Shown piece by piece: positions 13,046-25,312 of a stretch of DNA of 64,000 bases. The notes under the pieces were generated by a model. The model was given only the letters and a program-made list of their open reading frames with translations. It searched no databases and was not told the origin of the DNA. The stretch's first letter is position 1; each line of letters starts with the position of its first letter. The stretch spans positions 138,880,001 to 138,944,000 of the forward strand of contig JANJGN010000013.1 of assembly GCA_026770705.1 (NCBI GenBank), in the 5' to 3' direction. This DNA comes from Isurus oxyrinchus (lineage: Eukaryota). A program made the translations under genes and the position numbers.

Positions 13046-13168
13046 GAATATGATTTGTTCAATCGATGTAGGACTGAATTGGCAAGAGGAAAAGTTTAAC
13101 AAATGAATCTAACTGATGTCAATTAATTCTAAAAAATCCTAAGCGAGAATAAACATGTTTTTAAAAGT

Positions 13169-13238
13169 TAAAACGTCAACTCTTTTCTTCTCCGCCGATG
13201 CTGCCAGACCTGCTGAGTTTTTCCAGGTAATTCTGTTT
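13169..13238 (+). mobile_element. Very short PLE insertion
   Basis: AAACGTCAACTC...CCAGGTAATTCTG flanked by 14-bp TSD ATGTTTTTAAAAGT. Confidence 0.75.
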
Positions 13239-13270
13239 ATGTTTTTAAAAGTGTTTGTTCTTTGTTGCCA

Positions 13271-14143
13271 TGGGTCAGATCTCCCGAGGAGTGACAATCA
13301 TGGTCAGGTTGCCATTCTGCTCCTTTTTATTGACACTGGAATGCAGTTGCACCTTTCTTGCCTGATCTTCCGATTGGGGCCGGGTGAGAACAGTGCAGTG
13401 CAGCGGGTTCTCGAAGTCTCGTATCGAGTGCAGCAGAGTGGAAGGAAAGGAAGCCACGCCTCCCCCCCCCCCCCTTTCTTATGGCACTAGCTGCGGTAAA
13501 GCCGGTAAGTTTAAGGGCCCAGCCACTTTGAGGAGCCAGGGAGAAGGTAAGTGTGTAAGGTCAATGGGTAGGGTGCGGGTCGGGATGTCAGTTGGGTAGT
13601 ACGGGGGTCAGGAGGGTGGTTGAGAGGATGGGGGTTAGTCAGGGGGTGGGGTGGGGAGTAGTCAGGTGTTCAGGAGGGTAGTCAAGGGGGTGGGGTTAGT
13701 CAGGGAGGGTGGGGAATAGTCAGGGGTTCAGGAGGGTAGTCGGGGGGGATAATCAGGGGAGTGTATTCAGGGGGTGTGGATGTGGTAGGGAGTGGTGGGT
13801 AATTGGGGGTTGGAGGAGTAGTCGGGGGGGTAGTCGGGAGGTCAGGGGCTCCAGTGGTGGGGGGTTCAGGGGTTTCAGTACCATAGTTACCCAGAAGTTT
13901 GATGTGGTTTTAATTCTTCTAACTTTTCCGTGGTAACTATTCTGCTAAAACAGTTGGAAGCGTCCAATTTAATTCAGGGTTTCGGATGGCTCGCAGTGCA
14001 GGGTAATTACCCATCAAAAGTTTGAACTTCCCATGCAGTCCTTGTGTGGGGACTTCCAGGGGTTTCCCCCAGTGCATCTTCTGGGCTACCTCCAGGTTCA
14101 ATGCCCCAGAGATCGGAAGGGGCCTATGTTCAAAATTACCCAT
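13271..14143. mobile_element. Harbinger-type MITE with G-rich internal repeat (copy 1)
   Basis: Colinear with 15115-16098. Ends CAAAATTACCC. Internal hairpin ATAGTTACC...GGTAACTAT. Confidence 0.6.
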
Positions 14144-14712
14144 TCGTGTCTATCCACTGCAGTTGAACAGAACAATAAAGCACATTAAAGTTATCACATT
14201 TATCTATTGTGCAAATGAAATTGCTGTGCTTTTGTATTAGTAAGTATTAGGAATGACTCTCATTATCCCATTACTTTTTGGCATAAGGGAGCCGGAGGAT
14301 TCAACTCAACACGGTCTCACGTGGTTACAGGGCAAGGGGGCCATATGAGGGGGATACTTGACCACAGCATCTTTAACTGGGGAGGGAAATTTTACGCAGG
14401 CTCTCCTGACTGTTTACGGCTCCCAACTGAAGTGCTCTTAATTTGGACATTGACAAAAGGCAGGATCAAACTTGGCTGTGATGCACCCCATCATTAAACA
14501 TCCTCCTGACTTTAACAATCTACTCCACACACAGCTGAGGAATGGATAAATGGATAAAGTGCAGCGACGTGGAACCAAATCCCAACTTGATTCAACACCT
14601 CCAGTGCTGGGCTGCAATAACTTGGAAGGGAAACAGTCTTTAACTTTCGTTGCAGCCTTTAGCATTGTATTCTGTAAAAGCTCCCATCGAAGTCAATTCA
14701 ATTAATTGACTT

Positions 14713-14936
14713 AAAAACAAAAAACTGCGGATGCTGGAACTCCAAAACAAAAACAGAATTACCTGGAAAAACTCAGCAGGTCTGACAACATCGGCGGAGG
14801 AGAAAAGAGTTGACGTTTCAAGTCCTCATGACCCTTCAACAGAACCTACTGTTGAAGGGTCATGAGGACTCGAAACATCAACTCTTTTCTCCTCCGCCGA
14901 TGCTGCCAGACCTGCTGAGTTTTTCCAGGTAATTCA
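14713..14936. mobile_element. PLE inverted terminal-repeat pair (hairpin insertion)
   Basis: About 90-bp inverted arms around 14845. Flanking duplication AATTAATTGACTT on both sides. Confidence 0.85.
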
Positions 14937-15114
14937 ATTAATTGACTTCCCTTCTTCAAAGTTTCCACATGGTTAAAGGTCAGATTGTTAATCATCACAA
15001 CAATTGTTTTCCCCAAATAGTTTACTCTCCTCCAGATTTGCTGGGCCCAATCTTTTCAAATCACCGTGGGGCGAAATTTGGCATGTAGCCTTGAACATAA
15101 AGATACTTTATAAT

Positions 15115-16098
15115 GGGCCTGAAGTTCTATGGATTGGCAATCAGAGTCAGATTGCCACTTCGTTCCTCGTTTCTTATCTGGAAATCCAGCCGCACCTCTC
15201 TCGCCCGACCTTCCAACTTAGGCCAGGCGAGAGCTGTCTAGTGCAGGGTGTTCCTGAGGCCTTGCATCAAGGGCTGGAGAGTCAGGCTTAAGGAAGCCAG
15301 GCCTCCTTTTTTACAGCAATAGCTGCCGTAAAGCAAGTAAGATTAAAGATCCAGCCGCTTTGAGAAGCCTGGGAGAAAGGTAAGTTTGTAAGGCCAGTAG
15401 GTAGGATTGGGGTGTGGTCAGTCAGGAGGGAGGGGGATTGGTTGTTCTGGGGGGATGGGTGTGGGGGTCGGGTGGTCTGTGGGAGTTGGGTTGGCTGGTC
15501 AGTGGGGTAAGACAGGGGTGTCAGTTGGTTGGGGGGGGGGTGGGGGCTGACTGGTCAAAGATGTGGGTGGTCAGTGGAGAGATAATCCATTGGGGGGGGG
15601 GTTGGGTGGTCAGTGGGGGTGGGTCACATGTTCAGGGAAGATGGGTAGTCTGTGGGGAGGTTGGGTGCTTGGGGGAGATTGGAAGGCCAGTAGGATTGTG
15701 GGGGGGGGGTGGATCAGGTGGTCAGGTGGGGGGGTGGTGGGTGTTGTTGGCTGGTTGGGGGGCTTGAGTGGTCAGTGGAGAGGCGGGGGTTGGGGTGGGT
15801 GGTATGCGGGGGTGGGTGGTCAGTGCGTGGGTCAGGTGGTCAGGAGCGGGTCCCATGGGATGTTCATGGGGGTGGGGATAGTCCCGTGGGGGGAGGGTCA
15901 TGATGGGAGCAGTACTATAGTTACCCAGGAGTTAGAAGTGGTTTTAATTCTTCTAACTTTCCCTGGGTAACTATTCTACAAAGACAGTCAGAACCATCCA
16001 AAGTTTGCGATTTATGTCGTGGTTTCAGATGGTTCCCCAGCATCTCTTTGGCTTACTCCCCTGTTACTAGGCCCCGGGGAACTGAAGTTATCGGCCAT
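15115..16098. mobile_element. Harbinger-type MITE with G-rich internal repeat (copy 2)
   Basis: Shares AGCTGC.GTAAAGC..GTAAG, GGGAGAA.GGTAAGT and AGTACTATAGTTACCCAG blocks with copy 1. Confidence 0.6.
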
Positions 16099-17039
16099 TG
16101 TTTCACACCATTTTGAGAAAATAGATGATGTTAAATTTATTAACATGTTTTCCTGAAGCTTCAATCAGTTTTATACACTGCAGTTTGAACGCTGGCTCTG
16201 CTATGTTTGTGTTTTCATGTTAGTCCTTCACCAATGCTAAAAGTTCATGACAACTAAGATGATTTTGTATCAATGACTCACTGGTTTGATTAAACCTCAA
16301 CAGTTCCAGGAAGTTACAAAAGCAAGAGAGGCAAACTGGGTCTCAAATACTTCTCTTTTCTCTTTTTAGATGGGAACGTATGTAATGGGATAGCGAGAAT
16401 GCATGATTAATACGTTCATCAGTAACTTATGTCTCTGAGAATTTCAGCATGGTATGAATGCTTTACAAATAAGTAGGTTAATCTTTGTTAAAATAGGAGA
16501 AGAAGAAACTTCATGTGATCATGTCAACTATTTCATCCCATAGTTTTCAACCCCTTCTTTGCCGTATTTCTTTACCCAGTGATTAAGCAGTTTGGCTTTC
16601 TAATTAAATAAATAATGTGAGTTACCATAACTACTGGAATATAAGGACTGAAGCTGTGATATACATCAGCATTTTTATAATAACTTGATAACATGGTGCC
16701 CGTCTCAACAAGGTAATTTATCACAACCTTTCAAAATGTTGCCATTTGACCTTGTGGTACTTTTTTAGGTTGCTCCACTCTTTGTGATCTTTTTAGTTAA
16801 GTTTTTAGTTTAAGGTCTGACTGCTTATCCAACATCCAGCCGTGGTTGAATTTTAACTTCCACCACTGGAAAGAGCAAAGTCACTAGGCGAGATTTTCCA
16901 GCCCACCCGCTGCCAGGATCATCCAGTCCTGCTAAAAGTTAATGGACTTTTGGCCGGGCCACCAAACCTCCCACGGCGGGTTCCGCCATGATGGGACCGG
17001 AAAATCCCAGGTCATTGTCTTCAGCAGTCATCCCAGCCA

Positions 17040-17815
17040 CCCACCCAGCCACCCACCACCCCACTGCCCCCAAAACACCTCCACAAACTCTGCTCCCCTC
17101 GCCAGTGAGTCTTTCTTCTTCTCTGGGCCACATCCTCAAGCTGAACTAGACGGTTCACTGCGCAGCACCCTGTTGGATCACAAGCTAAGTTTCCAACATC
17201 ATATCCTCTCCACCAGAAGGACCACCCACGCTATATCATCACCTCTGCCCCTACCTCAGCCCATCTGGCATTAAAACCTCAAACCCAGCCTTGTCCCTGC
17301 AGAATCTTACTTTAAAGCTCTGCTCACTAGTTTTCCATCGTATACCTTCTGCAAACATCAACTCATCCAGAAGTCTGTCACCCAACTCCTAACCTGCACC
17401 AAGTCCTGTCCACCAATCACCCTCGCCCTCACTGACGCACATTGGCCTACAAGCCAGCAATGCCTCAGAATTAAAATTCTCATTCTTGTCTTCTAATCTT
17501 TCTATGGTTTTGCCTCTTGCTCTATAATCTCCTCTAGCTCTGCAACCTTCCCAAACTCTCCGTTTGACTAACTGTGAGGCATGGCCTTTCCTTTGCCTCA
17601 CAATTCAAGATCGTTCCCTCAGCAGCCTCAGACCCACTGTTCGGAATTCCCTCCCTAAACCCTTCCAACTCTCCACCTCTCCAAATCTAAAATCCTGCTT
17701 CAAACCTGTTTTTTTATGACAGTCTCATTTCTTCTTCTTTAGCTGAACAGCTGTTTTCTTCATGCCTGTATAAAGTGCCCATGAGACATTTCTCAAAGTG
17801 TTCTATAAATACATA
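17040..17815 (+). mobile_element. L2 LINE 3' fragment
   Basis: CTAACCTGCACCAAGTCC..ATCACCC..CATTGGC..TTAAAATTCTCATTCTTG (ITP.L..LHWL...I.FKIL-like). Tail TGTATAAAGTGCC...CTATAAATA. Confidence 0.65.
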
Positions 17816-19080
17816 CGATCATAGGGTGGACTTTTTAACCCTTAGATTACTAACAGCTGTCAAGAACGCTGTGCCAACTTTCATGTTTCCAACTCACACT
17901 GAGGCTGGAGCAGTGGATTAAACTTATCTTTCTAAAGGCAGTTTGGTGTTACACAGAAACATCAATAAATTTTGTTCTCTCTTACAAATGTTGATCAACC
18001 GGTTAAACGGTTTAATTTCCTAATTAAGATAATTAATATGGGTTGCCATAGCTGCTGAAAGATAAGGATTGACGTTGTCATGCATATCAGCATGTTTATA
18101 ATAGGTTCACAAGATAGTGGTCTTCCTAAGGAGATCATTCAATGTTTTTATTTCCGGGTTCCAGCCTTTGCAGATTTCCTTTTCATTTTTCTTTTCATCA
18201 AGTATTTAACCTAAGTGATAACATTTTTAAAAAAATAATGAAAATGCAAACATTTCTCAGCTCACCCTTCTGATCATTCCTGTTCCATTTTTAAACTTTA
18301 TTTCTATAAAATACCGCCACTCACTTTCGCTCAAAGCTTACTTTTAGAAATAAATACCTTTTGCCTTTGCCTTCCAAGCTCCGTTCTTTATTTTTGGAGG
18401 AGAAAAAAATATCGCCACTAAAAGCAAAATACTGCAGATACTGGATATTGGAGATAAAACTTGTACTCCATTTTTCCAGGGGTTACCTTTACGCAGCTGC
18501 CCACCCATTTAAAATAAATAATCCTTAGCAGCAGACGTTTCTCAAGCTCATATGGGCTGTGTCACATGCACTGTGACAGGATGGATCTGTATTGCCGACC
18601 ACAGAGCTGTTGAGCAAAGAACAACACAAGAACATGACCATAATCTGCACTTATCGATGCAAGTGGCATGTAATGAAGGATTGATGTTCAACAGTCTGAA
18701 ATGTGACATCAATGTGAAGCAGATCAATTTCTTCTGTGCCGTCTATTCCATTGCTGGCATATCCATGTCAAATTGAGGATATTGAAGCCATACCAACTCC
18801 TCAACATAAGGGCAATCTTCGAAGATGTCAGTGTGCCTTTAATTTGCTGTCTCCACATATTCTCTTTCGCTTAAAACTCGCCATCGCTAAGGGAATTGTT
18901 GAGAACAGATATGCCTTTCCTGTGGCTCGAAGACAAGCAATACCTCATCAAAGCACTGAAACAGTCATTATCCTTGCAATTTTACAATCCTAGGGAGACA
19001 ACTCCCCTGGAGATAGATGTCTCACAGAGAGGCCTAGAAGCACGTATACTACAAAAAGGCAAATTGGTTGCATTTGTTAT

Positions 19081-19222
19081 AAAGACAAAACAAAACTGCG
19101 GATGCTGGAAATCCAAAACAAAAACAGAATTACCTGGAAAAACTCAGCAGGTCTGACAGCATCGGCGGAGAAGAAAAGAGTTGACGTTTCGAGTCCTCAT
19201 GACCCTTCGACAGAACTTGAGG
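19081..19222 (-). mobile_element. PLE terminal repeat inserted at the edge of solo LTR B
   Basis: 11-bp TSD GCATTTGTTAT (19070-19080 and 19231-19241). Hammerhead motif CTGTCGA-AGGGTC-ATGAG-GACTC-GAAACGTC on the minus strand. Confidence 0.85.
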
Positions 19223-20001
19223 TTTGTTATGCATTTGTTATGGCTGGGTGAGGAGGAGTCAGCTGACTTCCCTTCTATTCAGCCCCCTCGGTTGTCAGGA
19301 CAAAGGTTTTAGAATTTCTTTTCCCCTTAAATGCCTCTCCCAATCAAAATGCATTTATTTGTTAATAAGGAGCCAATCAAACCAAGTTTCCTTGAGTCAA
19401 AGAAAGAGTAAGTTTATTAGTTACTAAACTTGAGAAAAATAATAAAGACATGACGGCACACACACAGGTATCAGAAGTAAGAAAGTTAGAGCCCAATAAA
19501 AAGTTAAAAGAAAATATGATTAAGTTGTTTGCTTGTCTTTGAGGTGCAGATGGTTGAATATTGTGACCATTTGAAGTTATTTGGCTTCCTGTAGAATTCT
19601 AAAGCTGACTTGGTTGAGGTTTGCACTTTGTTGAGGTCTCTCTTATAGCTTCAGAGAGACAGAGGGAGAGAGAGAGATCTTTAGTGCTCTCTTCCAGCAG
19701 TGTTTTTGGTGACTGTGATGTTTCTTCCAGTTTTTAAAGCTCCTATCTGTATATTCCCAAAAATGAATTTGATTAGCATGTCTTGCAGTCGTTGTTGCAG
19801 ACCAGGTAATCCCATTTTTTGATCTTTTCATCCCTGAACATTTTGACACATTTCAAGATAGAGATCAACAGGAGATGGGGATTATTTTGTCCTCCAAAGG
19901 GGATTTGAATATCCAATGAGTATCTGGCTGGTTAGCACTTCCCATTATCTTAATAGAACGACAGCTGATCAAAGTCCAGCACTTTGTATTTTTAATGCCT
20001 C

Positions 20002-23000
20002 TACCACAGAATTGATTTCCCAGGCAACTTTTCTTGGGGGAAGAATTGAACTTTATTTATGAGACACCAGCAGCAGCTACACTGCATCTAATTCTCTAAA
20101 CAAAGAACTCACTCCTAGAGGTTCCCTGCACTGCTAACTCATTGGTTTACACAGATCATGTGATCTTGTAACACAGGATTATTCTTAAGCCACAGTCCTA
20201 TGTTTATCAGAACTATAATTACTACATTCCTCCCCCTTTAACTTTTCTGTACGTGTCGTATTTACAAGGATATTTATCTCATGACTCTACAATATTTACA
20301 CAGGGCCATGAAATTACAAGTTCAGTCTTTCAGGTGGTTTCCTGATCTGTGTGGAACGTCGTAGCTCCACAGTTTCCGATTCTTTGTCAGGAACCACGTT
20401 CTCTTGAACCATATTAGTATCAGGTACCTCATTAGGTACCACATTAGGCACAAGCAGTTCGGTGTCTTCCACTCCGACAGAGACATCAGGCATGCCAGTC
20501 CTTGGTTGATCAGCTTCAATAGGAACCACAAGTCCAGCCATGGCTACAGGTGGAACATCATTTTGTTGGGGTATCTCCCTCCTTCTTAAATGATCCACGT
20601 GCTCACGGGTGATCCGGCCCTCTCCCCTTCCACTGTGCTTACTTTACCAGGTAACCATTTCCGTCCTCCACTGAAAATCCTTACGTACACTGCATCTCCA
20701 ACAGTAAATTGTCGCTCACGACAATGCAAATCATGAGTTGCTTTTTGGCTCCCTTGACCTTTCTCGACCTTCCCCTCCAAATTGGGAAGTATCAGGCTCA
20801 GTCTTGTTTGAATACGGCATCTCATCAGTAATTCTGCAGATGTTGCAGCTGTTGTAGTGTGGGGGGGGGGTTGTTCTGCAGTGAACTATGAAACGAGCAA
20901 GTTTAATTTCCAACGATTCAGCTGTTAACTTTATCACTCCCACCTTTTATTGTCTTTTCAAAACATTCTTCCTTTCCGTCTTCTTTCTACCACAGAGTTT
21001 AATCTTGGCCTTCTTTTTGACTTCAGTGTTGGCCAGACTTCTCTCAGGTGAAATCTCAACATGTCTTAGTTCCGCAGTTGAGCTACGCATGATTTCATTA
21101 TCTGCTCGCATCTTGGAAAGTTCTACAACTTCTGTTTTCAAAGCCTCTGTAGCTTCGTTCAGCTGATTTTTCAGCTCTTCTGTCTCCTTCTTGTATCTGT
21201 TGGCTTCCTCCCGGAACCTTAAATATTGCTGCGTCTTCTCTGCCAACTGGTTCTTCAGTTTGTTCGTGGTGTCGTAAAATTCTTCCTGTTTCTCTTGTAA
21301 TTTTCCAGAGGTACAAACATTGACCTGAGGGATCCTTGCTGTGTGTGAAGGTCTTTCAACAGGTTTTCCTTTTCTTTGAGAAACTCCCTTGCTTCATCTT
21401 GAATTCTGTCATTTAGCAGAGTCTCCCTGAGTTTATTCTGCTGTTCTTCCATGCTGCTGTTTAAGGCAGTCTTCAATTCTTCAGGTTGCTGAATGGTTAC
21501 ACACTCCTCTTTCATCCTGTTGCGGCCCTTGGACTCTCCAGGCTCTTTCTGAATTACCTTGCCTTGTTCCTTTTCCAACTCAGGAACTCTTCCAGCTTCC
21601 TTTTGAAATCTCACTGGCCAATCAAGGTTAATTTCCCTCAACCAATTTCAACCTAGAAGTCTTGACCTTCTGCCTTATAGTAGCATCACTGGTAGATGTG
21701 TTGTTTGGCGTCTATAATAAATAGGTACTCTGGCAATGCTTTTTACCTGGATTTCTTCGCCTGTGTACGTTTTCAGCTTGGCAGAAGTTTGTTCCAAATT
21801 TAATTGTTGATCACTTTTATTTAAATATCTGAAAGTGTGTTCCCCTATTACAGGGACAGAAGCACTAGTGTCCACTTCCATTTTTAAGGGTTTACCAATC
21901 ACTTGCAATGTGACAGTATTTGGCTCTGTCTTCCCAACTTTCATATTGACTAAGGAATAAATGTCAGAATTGGTTGTTTCTGGCTCCTCCACACTATACA
22001 CTTCATTGGAATTTGTTTGTTGCTGGAAGCCTGTTTTAATCTCGCTTTGCAAAGTTTCAGTATGTTCCCACTTTTGTGACAAAAATAACACTCCACCTTT
22101 TTAAACTGCCAGTCATTAGGAGTGTGTTTGCTTCCACATTGATAAAAATTTGTTTTTGAATTTGTTGCTAAGCTGTTTCCCACTTCACAGCGGAGTCCCG
22201 GTTTTACACGCACTTTCGGCTGACCATTCCCACCCAACCAGGAAAACGGCGCCATTGAGCACACATTGAATTGCTTGTGAATATCATCCTCTCGCATGCA
22301 CAGACCAAATGTTCCCTGAGCATATCATTCAGGGTTTCACCGAAATCATATTATTCCATTAGTTGCTTTAATTTCACCACGTAGATAGCAATGGTCTTTT
22401 CTGTGCCTCCATTCCGTGAATTGAACCTGAACCTCTGCATTGTGATGGAGGGCTTGGGTTGGAAATGTCGCTTAATGACATCTACTAATTCACTGAAGGT
22501 TTTCGAATTGGGGCACTGGGGGCCGTCAAGCTTTGAATTAAACTGTAGGTCTTGCTCCCACAAATACTCAGGGGAATTGCTCTCCTCTTTTCCTCCCCCG
22601 TGATTTCATTGGTTTGAAAGTAGAATGCAAGACATTCTGTATATTGAGACCAGTCATCTGCGGCTGGCTCAAAGAAATCGATTCTGCGGCATCTCGGATG
22701 AGTATATCTTCCTTTCTATTTGACTGTCTTAGATACTCACAATTGCTGGGCAAGGGACAGCACCAGATCTGATTTGTCCATTCATGTCTACAGTTTGTTA
22801 TAGAGTTGATTTTACAGGCAACTATTCTTGGTGGAAATATTGAACTTTATTTACAAGACAGCAGCAGCAGCTACATGTGTGCATCTAACCCTTTAACAAA
22901 AGAAAATCTCTCTCCTAGAGGTTCCCTGTGTTGCTAACTGATTAGTTTACACAAATCATGTGATGTTACAACACAGGATTATTCTTAAAGGTACAGTCCT

Positions 23001-23027
23001 ACGTTTATCAGAACTATAATTAGTACT
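20002..23027 (-). mobile_element. Non-autonomous Gypsy element C (LTR-gag-PR-[coiled coil]-IN C-terminus-LTR)
   Basis: LTRs 22796-23027 and 20002-20226, TSD GCCTC, PPT AAAGGGGGAGGAA. Gag HFQPKPSITMQRFRFNSR, knuckle CYFCHKSGNILKLC, protease MEVDTSAS, integrase tail LARF..CRTTP and LRRSTQIRKPPERL. Confidence 0.9.
20947..21620 (-). pseudogene. Coiled-coil insert resembling UACA/RAI14/ANKRD24-family host sequence, inside element C
   Basis: ORFs 21255-21641 and 20947-21246 are joined by one frameshift: SMEEQQNKLRETLL..QDE..KDLHTQQGSLRSMFVPLENY/EKQEEFYDTTNKLKNQLAEKTQQY..EEANRYKKETEELK. Similarity to UACA is from memory, not from a search. Confidence 0.6.
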
Positions 23028-25062
23028 GCCTCTCTTTCGAGAGGGTCCCTGCTTGAAGTGAGCCTTGACATACCCCAGGTGTGTAATTCCATGCAACAGA
23101 CCTGCAGTGTAATCCATACAGAAACTTTCTAGAGATGTGGTCAATTTACAGCATCAGACATCAGGTGACTCATGGCAGCCATTTTTGGCCAGTGCCTTTT
23201 CTTGTTTTTTTTTTAAAAACAGGTCTTCATTAAACAATTCAATATGCGTGTGGATAGCTGGTGAAGTTGTAGATAGACCTCCCTCGGTTATGATTTTCCA
23301 TCAAAGTGACACATTTACTTTCAAAATCTCTGCCTGTAATGCAATCCAACATTGAGTGAGAAACATTAGCTTTAGTGTTTGGAATCATGCATTTTCATAC
23401 CTGTCTATTTGGCAAAGGATTTTTAGTAAACACTGACCACAAGCCACCAGAGATGATTTGGCAAAAACCATTGGCCAGAGCATCACCAAGATTGTACATG
23501 TCTTGATAAAGATTCAAGGTTACGTCTGTGAGATCAGGTCCAGGCCAGGTAACTTGATGGTCACATTGGATACACTCCACAGAATGACTAGCCCAACTAA
23601 AACAGAAGATGCATCCTTAGATTTACAAGTTTACTTCATTGACACTGAGCTTGGAGATGTTCTCCAAATTGATCTGATACATTTTGCTTAACACAAATGC
23701 CAGAAACTACAAGAAGAAACAACAAAAGATTCTTCACTATGGAAACTGTGGAAAACCATCATCTAAGGATGACCTGATTCAATCCAGCATGTCCACAAAC
23801 ACGTGAGACCATTTTGACCTTGCTACAATGAGCTAGACATCCCCCAGGGTATCATTTTTACAGGTAGGCAGGTCATTATACCGGAATATTTGGAACCTGA
23901 TACTGTTCGCCAACTTCATCACTCACACATGGGCATAGATTGTACAAGAAGACTAGCGAGCGAGGTAGTCTATTGGCCAAATGTGAACAATGACATTGAA
24001 GTCATCCTCAACAAGTGCGAGGTATGCCAAGAACATATGACAAATCAGCACAAAGCACCATTGATTCCATATGAAGTTCCTAGCAATCCTTGGTGCAAAA
24101 TCACATCTGACCTCTTTCATGATTATGGTACTGACTTCACTGTGATCATCAGCTACTTTACCAAGTACCCTATTATTTGACAATTGCACAGTCAAGCACA
24201 ACTGTCATGCACACTCCAAGTGCTATTTTCAGTTTATTTCAGAGAGGTAAGATAGACAGATAACAATCCGCAATTTATTGGTAAGCCATTTCAGGACATG
24301 TGTGAGAAGTGGATTATCAATCACATTACCTCTTCTCCTCATTACCCTAGATCTAACGGCCTAGCTGAACGAATGATTTGCACAGGGAAATCCCTACTTC
24401 TCAAATGTAGACAAACCAAGCAGGACATACACATTGCAATGTTACATCTGAGACTGGCACCTTTAAGTGCAACTATTCCATCACTGGCAGAGCTCATATT
24501 TGTCAGACCAGTACATCCCAATTTACTCACTCTTAACCATTCTACTCTCTCAGAAATTAGACAGCAACTTTTAAAACTGCAAGAGAAGATGACAATGGGC
24601 ATGATAAAGATGCAGGTACAGAATTGTTAGGTTTACAGGTGGGACATGTTCACATCCAGGATCCCACAGTAGGTACATGGCAACCAGCCGAGGTACAAGG
24701 ATCTGTTCGGAACCACGGTCCTGTGAAGTCATTACACACAAAGATGCAATAATGAGGCGTAACTGAGGACAAATCAGATCCATTCCAGCTCCTCAACCAC
24801 CATGCAGTCCTATTGCATTAAGGACTAGATCCCAAATGCAACCAGAGAAACATCTAAGAATGACAACTCCACAGATCACTCTAAGCAATTAAAGAAGCCA
24901 ACAGACAAGGTCACCACTACAAGATCTGGGCATCCAGGCAGATTACCTCTATACTTTAGAGACTCATAGATTCACCAGTCCTACACATTTATGTAATGGT
25001 ATCTAAACATGAACATTTACTTCTTTGGAAGAGGAGAAAGCATCTTTAAAAAGGAAGGGGGA

Positions 25063-25312
25063 TGTTGTAATATGCCTTTAAGAGATAAGCGGCATGACAC
25101 CACTAGAAAGGAAGTGTGTCATGTGATCCTGTATTGGTTTCACTTTTGATTTTGAACTGCACATGCCCACACAGCTCTACTGCTGAAGTCTTCAACGTTT
25201 ATATCCATGTATATCTGTTCTTATGTGCCTAGTTGAAATAAGTGAACCCGCAATGTGTTTACCAATCCCTTAAGAGTGATTGGTGCCTTTATATCATTAT
25301 GATAACACAACA
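25063..25312 (+). repeat. 3' LTR of Gypsy element A
   Basis: Polypurine tract AAAAAGGAAGGGGGA directly upstream. Inverted termini TGTTG...CAACA. Confidence 0.8.

Larger units (their letters stand above)
19236..23311 (-). mobile_element. Solo LTR B (related to the Gmr1-type LTRs at 52 and 58 kb), split by element C
   Basis: TG...CA termini with CATT TSD. 19236-19900 aligns by eye to 52053-52770 (CCTTGAGTCAAAGAAA, AAGTTTATTA, CAACAGGAG blocks). Confidence 0.75.
18700..25312 (+). mobile_element. Decayed Gypsy element A (RT end, RNase H, integrase, 3' LTR) interrupted by a nest
   Basis: LQFYNPRETTPLEIDVSQRGLEA..LQKGKLVAF (18896) continues after 23312 as ..ETLALVFGIMHFH..FLVNTDHKP. Integrase HHSHMG..YWP..CEVCQ (23890) and HITSSPHYPRSNGLAER (24298). 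Confidence 0.9.

Noticed and set aside
15414-15970. Gly/Trp/Val-rich ORFs
   Set aside because: Translation of a G-rich low-complexity repeat.
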